Made by a program: the position numbers and the translations under genes. Shown here piece after piece: positions 27,001 to 35,188 of a DNA stretch of 47,547 nucleotides. The stretch covers positions 1-47,547 of the forward strand of contig JAUYMM010000026.1 in NCBI GenBank assembly GCA_030699485.1. Direction: 5' to 3'. Origin of the DNA: Candidatus Woesebacteria bacterium. GTDB taxonomy: Bacteria > Patescibacteriota > Microgenomatia > UBA8517. The notes under the pieces are model-generated. The model worked only from the letters and a program-made list of their open reading frames with translations. It was not told where the DNA came from and ran no database searches. The first letter of the stretch is position 1. Each line of letters begins with the position of its first letter.

Positions 27001-27525
27001 TTAATCATGGGTAAATTCACTAAATCTTTCAGTTAGTCTTTCATAAATTTCTTCCTTACCAATTATTGGTTTAGATGATTCAAGAAAATATTTGAATTTG
27101 TCTATTAGATGTTTGTGCAACTCATTTTCTGTTAGATGATAGAAATAGCTGTTATCAATAAAGTCAGCGGCTTTGATAACAACAGCATCTTTTCCAAAAT
27201 TTATCGCTTTATCAACCTCTTCTTTATCTCTTTCATCTCTGTTTATAATCGAGGCATCAAAGGTTAATATTTGTACAATATCTGCAATTTTTTGTCTTTC
27301 TATTTCATCAATACCTAATACTACCAACACTGCATTAACAGTACCACTGCCTTCTGTGTCAAGCAGGGGGTAAGTGTGTGCCCCAGTTGGTTCAGTTGAG
27401 TCTTGTACTTTATGCAAACATCCTCTTAACTGACCAGTTACACAGTCAATTGCCTTAATACCAAATTTTACTTTTAAGGTGTTTTGGTCTTTGAGTGTTC
27501 CATAAAATGAAAAACTTTCTTTCAT
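27001..27525 (-). CDS. hypothetical protein with N-terminal GGCT/AIG2-like (gamma-glutamylcyclotransferase fold) region
   Basis: FYGTLK...YPLLDTEGSGTVNAVLVVL resembles the YGTL / YP / V-x-G pattern of the family. C-terminal half unknown. Confidence 0.45.
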   Translation of the reverse strand: MKESFSFYGTLKDQNTLKVKFGIKAIDCVTGQLRGCLHKVQDSTEPTGAHTYPLLDTEGSGTVNAVLVVLGIDEIERQKIADIVQILTFDASIINRDERDKEEVDKAINFGKDAVVIKAADFIDNSYFYHLTENELHKHLIDKFKYFLESSKPIIGKEEIYERLTERFSEFTHD

Positions 27526-27897
27526 AATTAATGTTAATTGTTAATATTATAAGATATTGAACGAATTTTGGCAAATTCCTACACAAGCCAAAGAACAAGG
27601 AAAAATCTACAGGTAGTTACTGAAAAAGGAACGAGAAGGTTCTGGACCAGATCTAAATGATAGGAAATTAAGGTGATCAATGTACCCGCTTTTGTTTCCC
27701 ATTAAATGACTTATTCGTCAACAGAAAAATTGAATTTCCGTTATTTCTTCAAAACAGTACGATTACATAATTAAGAGTACATTAGCGTATTACAGGATGA
27801 TTTGGTCCGAATCCCATGTTGGGGATAGAAAAGGGATTCTAACGCCGACCTGGGTATCCAGCGACCATTTTATCTTAAATTTATCCCTATAACTTGC

Positions 27898-27917
27898 AAA
27901 AAAGGCCTGTTTCAGGC
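27898..27917 (-). terminator. intrinsic terminator about 110 nt downstream of tRNA-Gln
   Basis: Minus strand reads GCCTG-AAA-CAGGC-C-TTTTTT. Confidence 0.45.
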
Positions 27918-28004
27918 ATTTCTCCGGACTATGAGTGTGTGGTACGAGAGTCTGACTATAAAAATAGCGGTTTTGGAGGTGTTATTGGGCTATTCTAGGC
28001 ACCA

Positions 28005-28031
28005 CGGTAACTGGGGTGCTTTGCTTGGCTG
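28005..28031 (+). repeat. 27-bp direct repeat, tRNA-proximal copy (att-like)
   Basis: CGGTAACTGGGGTGCTTTGCTTGGCTG. The last 6 nt are the complement of tRNA-Gln positions 71-76 (CAGCCA). Confidence 0.9.
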
Positions 28032-28099
28032 GGGGACAGGGATTTGCACCCCAATAGGCAGATCCAGAATCTGCAGTCCTACTGTTAGACGATCCCCCA
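28026..28099 (-). tRNA. tRNA-Gln (anticodon CUG), CCA encoded
   Basis: Hand fold: acceptor TGGGGGA/TCCCCCA, D arm GTCT-AACAGTA-GGAC, anticodon arm GCAGA-TTCTGGA-TCTGC, variable loop CTAT, T arm TGGGG-TGCAAAT-CCCTG, then G73 and CCA. U1-A72 and G73 are typical of bacterial tRNA-Gln. Confidence 0.75.
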
Positions 28100-28115
28100 A
28101 GATAATATGCGTATT

Positions 28116-28454
28116 TTACACTAATTTGGGTAAGAAGAGAAAAAATCCAACAACAACTGATGCAATAGCACTAAGAAGAACTACTGCTGATGAAATGTCT
28201 TTAATAACTCTGGCTTCTTCTGAAATTTCCTTTGAGTTCATATCTACTAATTTTTCAACCATTGTATTTACTAATTCTGAAACAATTACAAAAAAAATTG
28301 TTAAAATTAAAATTGATAATTCTACTTTTGTAAATTTTAAATAAATTGCTAAAAATATGGCAATTATTGAAGCTAAAAAATGAAATCTTAAGTTTGGTTC
28401 AGATTTTAAAGCATCGTGAATTCCATTAAAAGCAAACTTAAAACTTTTTTGCAT
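28116..28454 (-). CDS. dgkA: diacylglycerol/undecaprenol kinase (DgkA family)
   Basis: 112 aa, 3 TM helices, SELVNTMVE motif. Confidence 0.85.
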   Translation of the reverse strand: MQKSFKFAFNGIHDALKSEPNLRFHFLASIIAIFLAIYLKFTKVELSILILTIFFVIVSELVNTMVEKLVDMNSKEISEEARVIKDISSAVVLLSAIASVVVGFFLFLPKLV

Positions 28455-28481
28455 ACTTTAATTAGTATATCATTAAATAAG

Positions 28482-28934
28482 ATGATTACATTTTTGGCAA
28501 GTATTTTAATATGGCTAATGTTTTTTGGTTTAATTGTTCTTTGGATAATTGATGGAAAAATTAAAAAAGAAACAGTAATCCACGCTATCTTTTCTTGTTT
28601 TTTGGCTTGGGTGGTAACAGAAGCAATTAAAGCTTTTTTCCCAACATTAAGACCATTTCAAGTTCAGGATTTAGTACCATTAACACTAACGATTCCTGGA
28701 GATGGTGCATTTCCTTCAACTCATACCGCAATTGCTTTTGCGTTATCGATAACAATATTTAAACATGACAAAAAAATTGGAGTTTTATATCTTGTAATGG
28801 CAGGGCTTGTAGGTATTGCAAGAATCATAGCCCATGTCCATTATCCTATTGATATTATGGCTGGAGCAGTCATTGGAGTTGTTATTTCAGGCTTGACATC
28901 TAGCAAACACTTTGTTAGACTGCTAAATCGATGA
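28482..28934 (+). CDS. PAP2-family phosphatase (undecaprenyl-diphosphatase-like)
   Basis: KAFFPTLRP, PSTHT and HYPIDIMAG motifs. Start moved to ATG 28482 to avoid overlap with the divergent dgkA. Confidence 0.8.
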   Translation: MITFLASILIWLMFFGLIVLWIIDGKIKKETVIHAIFSCFLAWVVTEAIKAFFPTLRPFQVQDLVPLTLTIPGDGAFPSTHTAIAFALSITIFKHDKKIGVLYLVMAGLVGIARIIAHVHYPIDIMAGAVIGVVISGLTSSKHFVRLLNR

Positions 28935-31291
28935 GAACAGTACCAATAATACCAATTAGAGGCTCAGTAGTTTTTCCCCATACGGATACCTTGTTGTCCT
29001 TTGCACGTTCAAAATCTGTCACTGCGGCAGATGAAGCTTTTACCAAAGATAGGTTGGTTGCAATTTTCACTCAAAAAGATTCAAGAATTGGAGATCCTGA
29101 AAAAGAAGACCTTTTTGAAATAGGAACTATTGCAACAATTACTCAAATGATGTCTGTTGAAGATGGTGTTCATGCTTTAGTTAGGGGTCAGGCAAGAGTT
29201 AGACTTTCAGAAATAGTTTCAAGAGCTCCTTTTTTGGTTGGGACTGTTGAAGAACTACCTGATATTGTAGATGAATCATCAGAAGTAATTGCATTATCAA
29301 GAAATTTAGCAGAAACATTTAAAAAGGCACTTATGTTAGGTAAGACTGTTGAAATAATTTCTGTTGTTAAATTAATTTCTGAGACTTCAAATCCGTCAGA
29401 ATTAACTGATCAAATTGCTACAGTTTTAGATATTAAACCAATTGAAAAACAAGAAATACTTTCTACTTTTCCATTAATTTCAAGAATGAAAAAAGTTCAC
29501 GAACTTCTTTCAAAGGAAATAACTATTTTAGAAATTGAAAAAACCATATCATCAAAAACTCAAGAACAGTTTGATGAAATTATGAAGAAAAATATTCTTC
29601 GTGAGAGGAAAAAGGCAATTAACAAAGAATTAGGAGAAGCTGATGAAAAAGAGGGAGAAGTAGGTTCTGAAGAAGTAAAAGAATACAAGAAAAAAATAGC
29701 TGATGCCAAAATGCCTAAAGAAGTGGAAGAAAAAGCTTTAAAAGAACTTAATAAATTATCAAAGATGAGCTCTTTTAATCCTGAATCAGGTTTTTTAAGA
29801 AATTATTTAGATTGGCTCTGTGAAGTTCCTTGGAGTGTTGTCAGTCCTAATAATGTATCTATTAAAAAAGCAGGCAAGGTAATGGAAAAAAGGCATTATG
29901 GATTAGATAAGACAAAGACGAGAATACTGGAATATCTTTCTGTTATGAAACTTTTGGAAGAAAGAAAAAAGAAAGGCAAGGATAGTAATTTTCAACCAAC
30001 AATATTATGTTTTATTGGTCCTCCTGGAGTTGGGAAAACTTCAATTGGAAGAGCAATAGCTGAAGCAATGGGAAGAAAATTTGCGAGAATATCTTTAGGT
30101 GGTATACGAGATGAGGCAGAAATAAGGGGTCACAGAAGAACATATGTAGGAGCACTTCCTGGAAGAATTATTCAAGGAATTAAAACTGCGGGAACCCGAA
30201 ATCCTATATTTATGTTGGATGAAATTGATAAAGTTGGAGCAGATTTTAGAGGTGATCCAAGCTCAGCTCTTCTTGAAGCTCTTGACCCTGAACAAAATAA
30301 AGAATTTTCAGACCACTACCTAGAAGTAAACTTTGATTTATCTGATGTCTTTTTTATAGCAACAGGTAATGTACTAGACACTATTCCATCTGCACTTAAA
30401 GATAGAATGGAAGTAATACAATTTGCAGGTTATACAGAAGAAGAAAAATTTGAGATTGCAAATAGATTTATTTGGCCAAAACAACTTAAAAATCATGGGC
30501 TTGAAGACTCTAAAATTAAAGTTACTGATAAAGCCTTAAAGTTAATTATTTCTCGTTACACAAGAGAGTCGGGCGTAAGAAATTTAGAAAGAAATTTAGC
30601 TACAGTGTTAAGAAAGATTGCAAGACTTGTTGCAGAAAAAAAGAAATATCCGCGAATAATTAAAGAAAAACAAATAAGACAATACTTAGGATCCAATAAG
30701 TTTTCATCTTTAATTGCCGAGAAGAAAAATGAAATTGGAATGTCAACAGGACTTGCCGTAACCTCAGTGGGTGGAGAGATTTTATTTATTGAAATTTCTT
30801 TAATGCCAGGAAAAGGCAGACTTACATTAACGGGGCAATTAGGAGATGTTATGAAAGAATCAGCACAGGCTGCATTTACTTGGACAAGATCAAATTATAA
30901 ACTTTTAGGATTAAAACCAGATTTTTCTGCAAAATTAGATGTCCATATACATGTTCCTGAAGGAGCAGTACCTAAAGATGGACCATCCGCTGGAACTGCA
31001 ATAACAACAGCACTTGTATCTGCACTTACAAAAACTCCCGTTAAAAGAGAGGTTGGAATGACTGGAGAAATTACACTTCGCGGTAATGTTATGGAAATTG
31101 GAGGAGTTAAAGAAAAAACAATTGCAGGTCATAGAGCAGGATTAAAAACAATAGTTCTGCCTAAAGAAAATCAAAAAGATATGGAAGATGTGCCAGAAAA
31201 AGTTAAAAAAGATATTAATTTTGTCTTTGCAGAAAAAATTGAAGATGCTTTAAAAGTTGCCCTCACCAAATGGCCAATTGTGGTAAAATAA
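28931..31291 (+). CDS. lon: ATP-dependent Lon protease
   Basis: N-terminal LON domain, GPPGVGKTS Walker A, PKDGPSAG catalytic Ser. Confidence 0.95.
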   Translation: MRTVPIIPIRGSVVFPHTDTLLSFARSKSVTAADEAFTKDRLVAIFTQKDSRIGDPEKEDLFEIGTIATITQMMSVEDGVHALVRGQARVRLSEIVSRAPFLVGTVEELPDIVDESSEVIALSRNLAETFKKALMLGKTVEIISVVKLISETSNPSELTDQIATVLDIKPIEKQEILSTFPLISRMKKVHELLSKEITILEIEKTISSKTQEQFDEIMKKNILRERKKAINKELGEADEKEGEVGSEEVKEYKKKIADAKMPKEVEEKALKELNKLSKMSSFNPESGFLRNYLDWLCEVPWSVVSPNNVSIKKAGKVMEKRHYGLDKTKTRILEYLSVMKLLEERKKKGKDSNFQPTILCFIGPPGVGKTSIGRAIAEAMGRKFARISLGGIRDEAEIRGHRRTYVGALPGRIIQGIKTAGTRNPIFMLDEIDKVGADFRGDPSSALLEALDPEQNKEFSDHYLEVNFDLSDVFFIATGNVLDTIPSALKDRMEVIQFAGYTEEEKFEIANRFIWPKQLKNHGLEDSKIKVTDKALKLIISRYTRESGVRNLERNLATVLRKIARLVAEKKKYPRIIKEKQIRQYLGSNKFSSLIAEKKNEIGMSTGLAVTSVGGEILFIEISLMPGKGRLTLTGQLGDVMKESAQAAFTWTRSNYKLLGLKPDFSAKLDVHIHVPEGAVPKDGPSAGTAITTALVSALTKTPVKREVGMTGEITLRGNVMEIGGVKEKTIAGHRAGLKTIVLPKENQKDMEDVPEKVKKDINFVFAEKIEDALKVALTKWPIVVK

Positions 31292-31298
31292 CCTCATT

Positions 31299-31372
31299 GA
31301 CCCCATCGTCTAGTGGTCTAGGACACTTGGTTCTCATCCAAGAGATCGTGAGTCCGAATCTCACTGGGGTCA
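31299..31372 (+). tRNA. tRNA-Glu (anticodon CUC), CCA not encoded
   Basis: Hand fold: acceptor GACCCCA/TGGGGTC, D region TCGTCTAGTGGTCTAGGAC, anticodon arm CTTGG-TTCTCAT-CCAAG, T arm GTGAG-TCCGAAT-CTCAC, discriminator A. Confidence 0.85.
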
Positions 31373-31419
31373 CAAAATCAAAATAGAATAAAAAGTCCTA
31401 CTTTACGACTAAATTGCAG

Positions 31420-31445
31420 GGTCAGACCCTGCAATGTCTAGGTTT
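31420..31445. repeat. 26-nt palindromic element, copy 1 (intergenic)
   Basis: AAATTGCAGGGTCAGACCCTGCAATG. Core is 11+1+11 perfect palindrome ATTGCAGGGTC-A-GACCCTGCAAT. Identical to 38960..38985. Confidence 0.9.
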
Positions 31446-31512
31446 ATCCGTAGCTATATTTTACTTCAAATGGGTATTAAAAGATGACCGAAATAATGAT
31501 AGTATATAGATA

Positions 31513-32160
31513 ATGATTAAATCAAAAGCTTGGAATTGGAACATAGCTTCTGCCCCACAATGGGAAGAACCAGCGCCGGAAGTCTTTCCACTTTTAAGAA
31601 GGTGGCAAAAACAAGGCTTTAAGAAGTTATTAGATTTGGGTTGCGGTATTGGAAGACACTCGATATTATTTTCGGAAAATAACTTTGAGGTTGATGCTTG
31701 CGACCTTTCAGCAGAGGGCATTGATAAACTTAATATACTAGCTACAAAAAACAGTTTAAGTATGTCTACAAAAGTTTGCGATATGCTTTCCCTTCCTTAT
31801 AGCGATAAAACATTCGATTGTCTAATTGCTTTCCACGCCATTTACCATTCCGACGATGAAGGTATTCAAAAAACCATAAGTGAAATTAAAAGGATATTAA
31901 AAAGTGGTGGAGAAGCTTTTATAACTTTTAATTCAAAAAATAATTCCGCTTTCAAAAATCCTGATAACAAGCATTTATCTGATAGCACGATTGTAAAAAT
32001 ACAAGGTCACGAAGCAGGTATTCCACATTACTATGCCAGTAAGCAGGATGTCGAAAATTTACTTAAAGATTTTGAAATAATTGAATTTTCTTATAAAGAA
32101 GAATACTTGTTAGACCAAGATTATACTGGCGCTCATTACTATGTTCTCTTAAAAAAATGA
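31513..32160 (+). CDS. class I SAM-dependent methyltransferase
   Basis: LLDLGCGIGRHS motif I, 215 aa. Confidence 0.8.
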   Translation: MIKSKAWNWNIASAPQWEEPAPEVFPLLRRWQKQGFKKLLDLGCGIGRHSILFSENNFEVDACDLSAEGIDKLNILATKNSLSMSTKVCDMLSLPYSDKTFDCLIAFHAIYHSDDEGIQKTISEIKRILKSGGEAFITFNSKNNSAFKNPDNKHLSDSTIVKIQGHEAGIPHYYASKQDVENLLKDFEIIEFSYKEEYLLDQDYTGAHYYVLLKK

Positions 32161-32241
32161 GTGCGAGTTACTGTCACGGTAATTTGTTAGGCACCCGTTG
32201 TTTCTAAATTCACTGAATGGTTTTGATATACTCTGAATTAG

Positions 32242-32270
32242 TTGACTTTTGGAAGTAACAGAGTTAAGAT
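32242..32270 (+). promoter_or_regulatory. sigma70-like promoter of the greA leader
   Basis: TTGACT (32242..32247), 17 nt, TAAGAT (32265..32270). Confidence 0.45.
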
Positions 32271-32339
32271 AAACACCTAATATGAATATTTTTTCCAACA
32301 AATATATTAAAATCAGCCTTATTAAGGCTATTTAATTTG

Positions 32340-32392
32340 TTGGGAGAACTATTTATTAAATCTCTCCCAAGTTAAGGGGAGATTATTTTTTT
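32340..32392 (+). promoter_or_regulatory. greA leader with mutually exclusive hairpins (attenuator-like)
   Basis: TTGGGAGA (32340-47) pairs with TCTCCCAA (32363-70). Alternatively TCTCCC (32363-68) pairs with GGGAGA (32377-82), followed by TTATTTTTTT ending 7 nt before the greA ATG. Confidence 0.4.
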
Positions 32393-32398
32393 GCAATC

Positions 32399-32860
32399 AT
32401 GACAAAACAAATACAACTTACAGAAAAAGGATTTGAAGCACTTAAAAAAGAGCTTGAAAGGTTATTGAAAGTCAAGCGACCAGCTTTGGTTGATAGGCTA
32501 TCTAATGCTCGTTCCCAAGGAGATCTTTCTGAAAATTCTGATTATCAAAATGCAAAAGAAGAGTTAGAATTTTTGCAAGGAAGAATAGAAGAACTTCAAT
32601 TAGTAATTAAAAATGCAAAAGTAGTTAAAGATACTAATAATGGAAACAATGTCGGAGTTGGTACAAAAGTTACAGTGCGTGTTAATGGAGTTAAAAATAC
32701 TTTTGAAATAGTTGGTGAATGGGAAGCAGATATGACAAATAAAAAAATTAGTCATGCTTCACCGTTAGGGTCAGCTTTGGTTGGTAAAAAAGTTGGTGAA
32801 AAATTTGAAGTTACGGCTCCCGTAGGCAAGATATTATATGAAGTGGTTGCTATAGACTAA
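32399..32860 (+). CDS. greA: transcription elongation factor GreA
   Basis: Coiled-coil N-terminus with GDLSENSDYQNAKEE, and a C-terminal FKBP-like domain. Confidence 0.9.
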   Translation: MTKQIQLTEKGFEALKKELERLLKVKRPALVDRLSNARSQGDLSENSDYQNAKEELEFLQGRIEELQLVIKNAKVVKDTNNGNNVGVGTKVTVRVNGVKNTFEIVGEWEADMTNKKISHASPLGSALVGKKVGEKFEVTAPVGKILYEVVAID

Positions 32861-32883
32861 CACTCGCCATATAATTACTTCAA

Positions 32884-34332
32884 ATGGAAGAAACAAAAAA
32901 TGTTCGTGAAGAAAGACTTGAAAAATTAAATAAACTCAAAGAACTTGGAATTGATCCTTATCCTTCAAAAATAACACTTAGTGGAAAACACATTTCAGTT
33001 ACAACTGCTCGTGATCTGATGGACAAAAAAGTTTTGGTTGCTGGAAGAATTTGGTCAATTAGAGTTCACGGTGGGGTAACATTTGCCGATTTAAAAGATG
33101 GATCAGGTCTAATTCAATTATTTTTTCAGAAAAAAGTACTTAATGATAAATATAATATCTTAAAATTAATTGATACTGGAGATTTTTTAGCAGTTTCAGG
33201 AACAGTAATTAAAACTCAAGCAGGTGAAATATCAATACTTGTAGATGATTTTCAAATTTTATCTAAATCAATTAGACAACTTCCTAGTATTTGGTATGGG
33301 TTAAAAGATACTGAAGAAAGATATAGACAACGATATGTTGATCTATTATTAAATGATGAATTAAAAGAATTATTCAAGAAAAAATCAGTTTTTTGGAATA
33401 GTATGAGGCAATTTTTGATTGAGAAAGGATTTTTAGAAGTTGAGACTCCAGTTTTGGAAAATACGGTAGGCGGAGCAGATGCAAATCCATTTACTACTCA
33501 CCACGGGGCATTAGATATTGATTTATATTTAAGAATTTCAATGGGTGAACTTTGGCAAAAAAGATTAATGGTTGCAGGATTTGATAAAACTTTTGAAATT
33601 GGAAGACAATTTAGAAATGAAGGGTTAAGTCGTGAGCATCTTCAAGATTATACTCAAATGGAATTTTATTGGGGTTATGCTAATTATGAAGACTCTATGG
33701 CTTTAGTTGAGGAAATGTATAAATTTGTAGCAAAAGAAACCTTTGGGAAATTAAAATTTGAAATAGCGGGAAAGAAAGTTGATTTAGAAGGAAAATGGAA
33801 AAAAATTGATTATACAGAAACTATAAAAGAAAAAACTAGAACCGATATTGTTATTGCTACAGAGAAAGAACTAAAAGAAAAATTAAAATCATTAGAAATA
33901 AAATATGACAATAATATAACAAAAGCAAGACTTATAGACATACTTTGGAAGCATGTCAGAAAAGAAATTGTTGGACCAGTGTTTTTAATAGGTCATCCAG
34001 TTGAAGTGTCTCCACTTGCCAAAAGAATGATTGATAAACCAAATAATGTTGAAAGATATCAAGTAATAATTGCAGGCAGTGAGATGGGTAATGGTTATTC
34101 AGAACTTAATGATCCAATTGATCAAGCAGAAAGATTTGAAGAACAACAAAAACTTCGAGATGAAGGAGATCCTGAAGCTCAAATGAATGACTGGGATTTT
34201 GTAAGAGCATTAGAATATGGTATGCCTCCTGTTTCTGGATTCGGGGTTTCAGAAAGACTTTTTTCTTTCCTTGTTGACAAACCTATTAAAGAAACTGTAT
34301 TATTTCCTTTATTAAGACCTGAAAAAATATGA
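32884..34332 (+). CDS. lysS: lysine--tRNA ligase (class II)
   Basis: OB fold plus FRNEGLSREHLQDYTQMEFY and GFGVSERL motifs. Confidence 0.9.
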   Translation: MEETKNVREERLEKLNKLKELGIDPYPSKITLSGKHISVTTARDLMDKKVLVAGRIWSIRVHGGVTFADLKDGSGLIQLFFQKKVLNDKYNILKLIDTGDFLAVSGTVIKTQAGEISILVDDFQILSKSIRQLPSIWYGLKDTEERYRQRYVDLLLNDELKELFKKKSVFWNSMRQFLIEKGFLEVETPVLENTVGGADANPFTTHHGALDIDLYLRISMGELWQKRLMVAGFDKTFEIGRQFRNEGLSREHLQDYTQMEFYWGYANYEDSMALVEEMYKFVAKETFGKLKFEIAGKKVDLEGKWKKIDYTETIKEKTRTDIVIATEKELKEKLKSLEIKYDNNITKARLIDILWKHVRKEIVGPVFLIGHPVEVSPLAKRMIDKPNNVERYQVIIAGSEMGNGYSELNDPIDQAERFEEQQKLRDEGDPEAQMNDWDFVRALEYGMPPVSGFGVSERLFSFLVDKPIKETVLFPLLRPEKI

Positions 34333-34634
34333 AATTAATTAAAGCGAAGATTTTAACTGCTGAACAAGCAAAAGAAAAGATTCTAGGAATTCGAATGGGA
34401 ATGATTCATTGTGCAATTGAATCAGTTGCAGTTTCAATATTGGCTTTACTTTTATTTATTGGAGCACCATCAGTTTTTCCAGAAATAATTAATCCTTATC
34501 TTCCATCTTCTTTAAAAATTATGCAAGCAATTGTTGCTGTCCCTGCAATTTTATGGATACTAACAATTTTATGGAATGCATTTAATTATTTTAGAATCTA
34601 TAAACTTCAAAAATCACTCTCATCTAAAAAATGA
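34329..34634 (+). CDS. hypothetical small membrane protein (2-3 TM)
   Basis: Hydrophobic segments. Coupled by 4-nt overlaps to lysS and the HD gene. Confidence 0.55.
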   Translation: MKLIKAKILTAEQAKEKILGIRMGMIHCAIESVAVSILALLLFIGAPSVFPEIINPYLPSSLKIMQAIVAVPAILWILTILWNAFNYFRIYKLQKSLSSKK

Positions 34635-35188
34635 TTTCTAGGGAAGATGCATTTAATTTAGTTACTTCTTGGACAGAAAACAAAAATTTGATTAAACATA
34701 TGTTTGCTGTTGAAGCTGTAATGGGAGGATTGGCTAAGTATTTTGGTGAGGATGAGAGTCTATGGAAGGTAGTTGGTTTGATCCATGATGCTGATTATGA
34801 GAAATATCCAGATAAACACCCCAAAGTTTTAATTCATGAATTGGAAAAAAGACAAGAAGATCCAATAATAATTAATGCAATTAAATCTCATGCTTGGAAT
34901 TACAATGGAATGGATCAGATACCTAAAACAAAATTAGAGTGGAGTTTGTATTGCTGTGACGAGTTAACTGGATTAATAGTAGCTGTAGCGCTGATTCGTC
35001 CTGAACGAAAATTATCAGCTGTAACAGTTGATAATGTTTTGTCCAAATGGAAAAAGTTAGATTTTGCAAAAGGAGTGGAAAGAGGAAATATTGAAAAGTG
35101 TGAAGAAAAATTAGGAATTAAACTACCTGATTTTATCCAAATTGTATTAACTTCAATGCAAAATATTTCTGAAGATTTAGGACTTTAA
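34631..35188 (+). CDS. HD-domain phosphohydrolase
   Basis: H...HDADYEKYPDKHP metal-binding pattern. Confidence 0.7.
   Translation: MISREDAFNLVTSWTENKNLIKHMFAVEAVMGGLAKYFGEDESLWKVVGLIHDADYEKYPDKHPKVLIHELEKRQEDPIIINAIKSHAWNYNGMDQIPKTKLEWSLYCCDELTGLIVAVALIRPERKLSAVTVDNVLSKWKKLDFAKGVERGNIEKCEEKLGIKLPDFIQIVLTSMQNISEDLGL

Larger units (their letters stand above)
17123..28004. mobile_element. putative integrated genomic island / repeat-bounded accessory segment at tRNA-Gln (no integrase seen)
   Basis: Bounded by the 27-bp direct repeats, with one repeat overlapping the tRNA-Gln 3' end. Cargo is mainly small-molecule enzymes. Confidence 0.45.

Noticed and set aside
27541-27900. Integrase pseudogene next to tRNA-Gln.
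   Set aside because: I translated all six frames by hand. Only short stop-ridden peptides appeared, with no R-H-R-Y-type recombinase motifs, so it cannot be called a pseudogene.
17123-28004. GC content as independent support for the island.
   Set aside because: Spot counts of 60-nt lines gave 25-47% inside the segment and 30-40% outside. That is too noisy by eye to claim a compositional difference and needs a computed window plot.
27931-28344. 137-aa plus-strand ORF.
   Set aside because: It runs across the att-like repeat, the tRNA-Gln gene and the antisense strand of dgkA. Its sequence is not protein-like.
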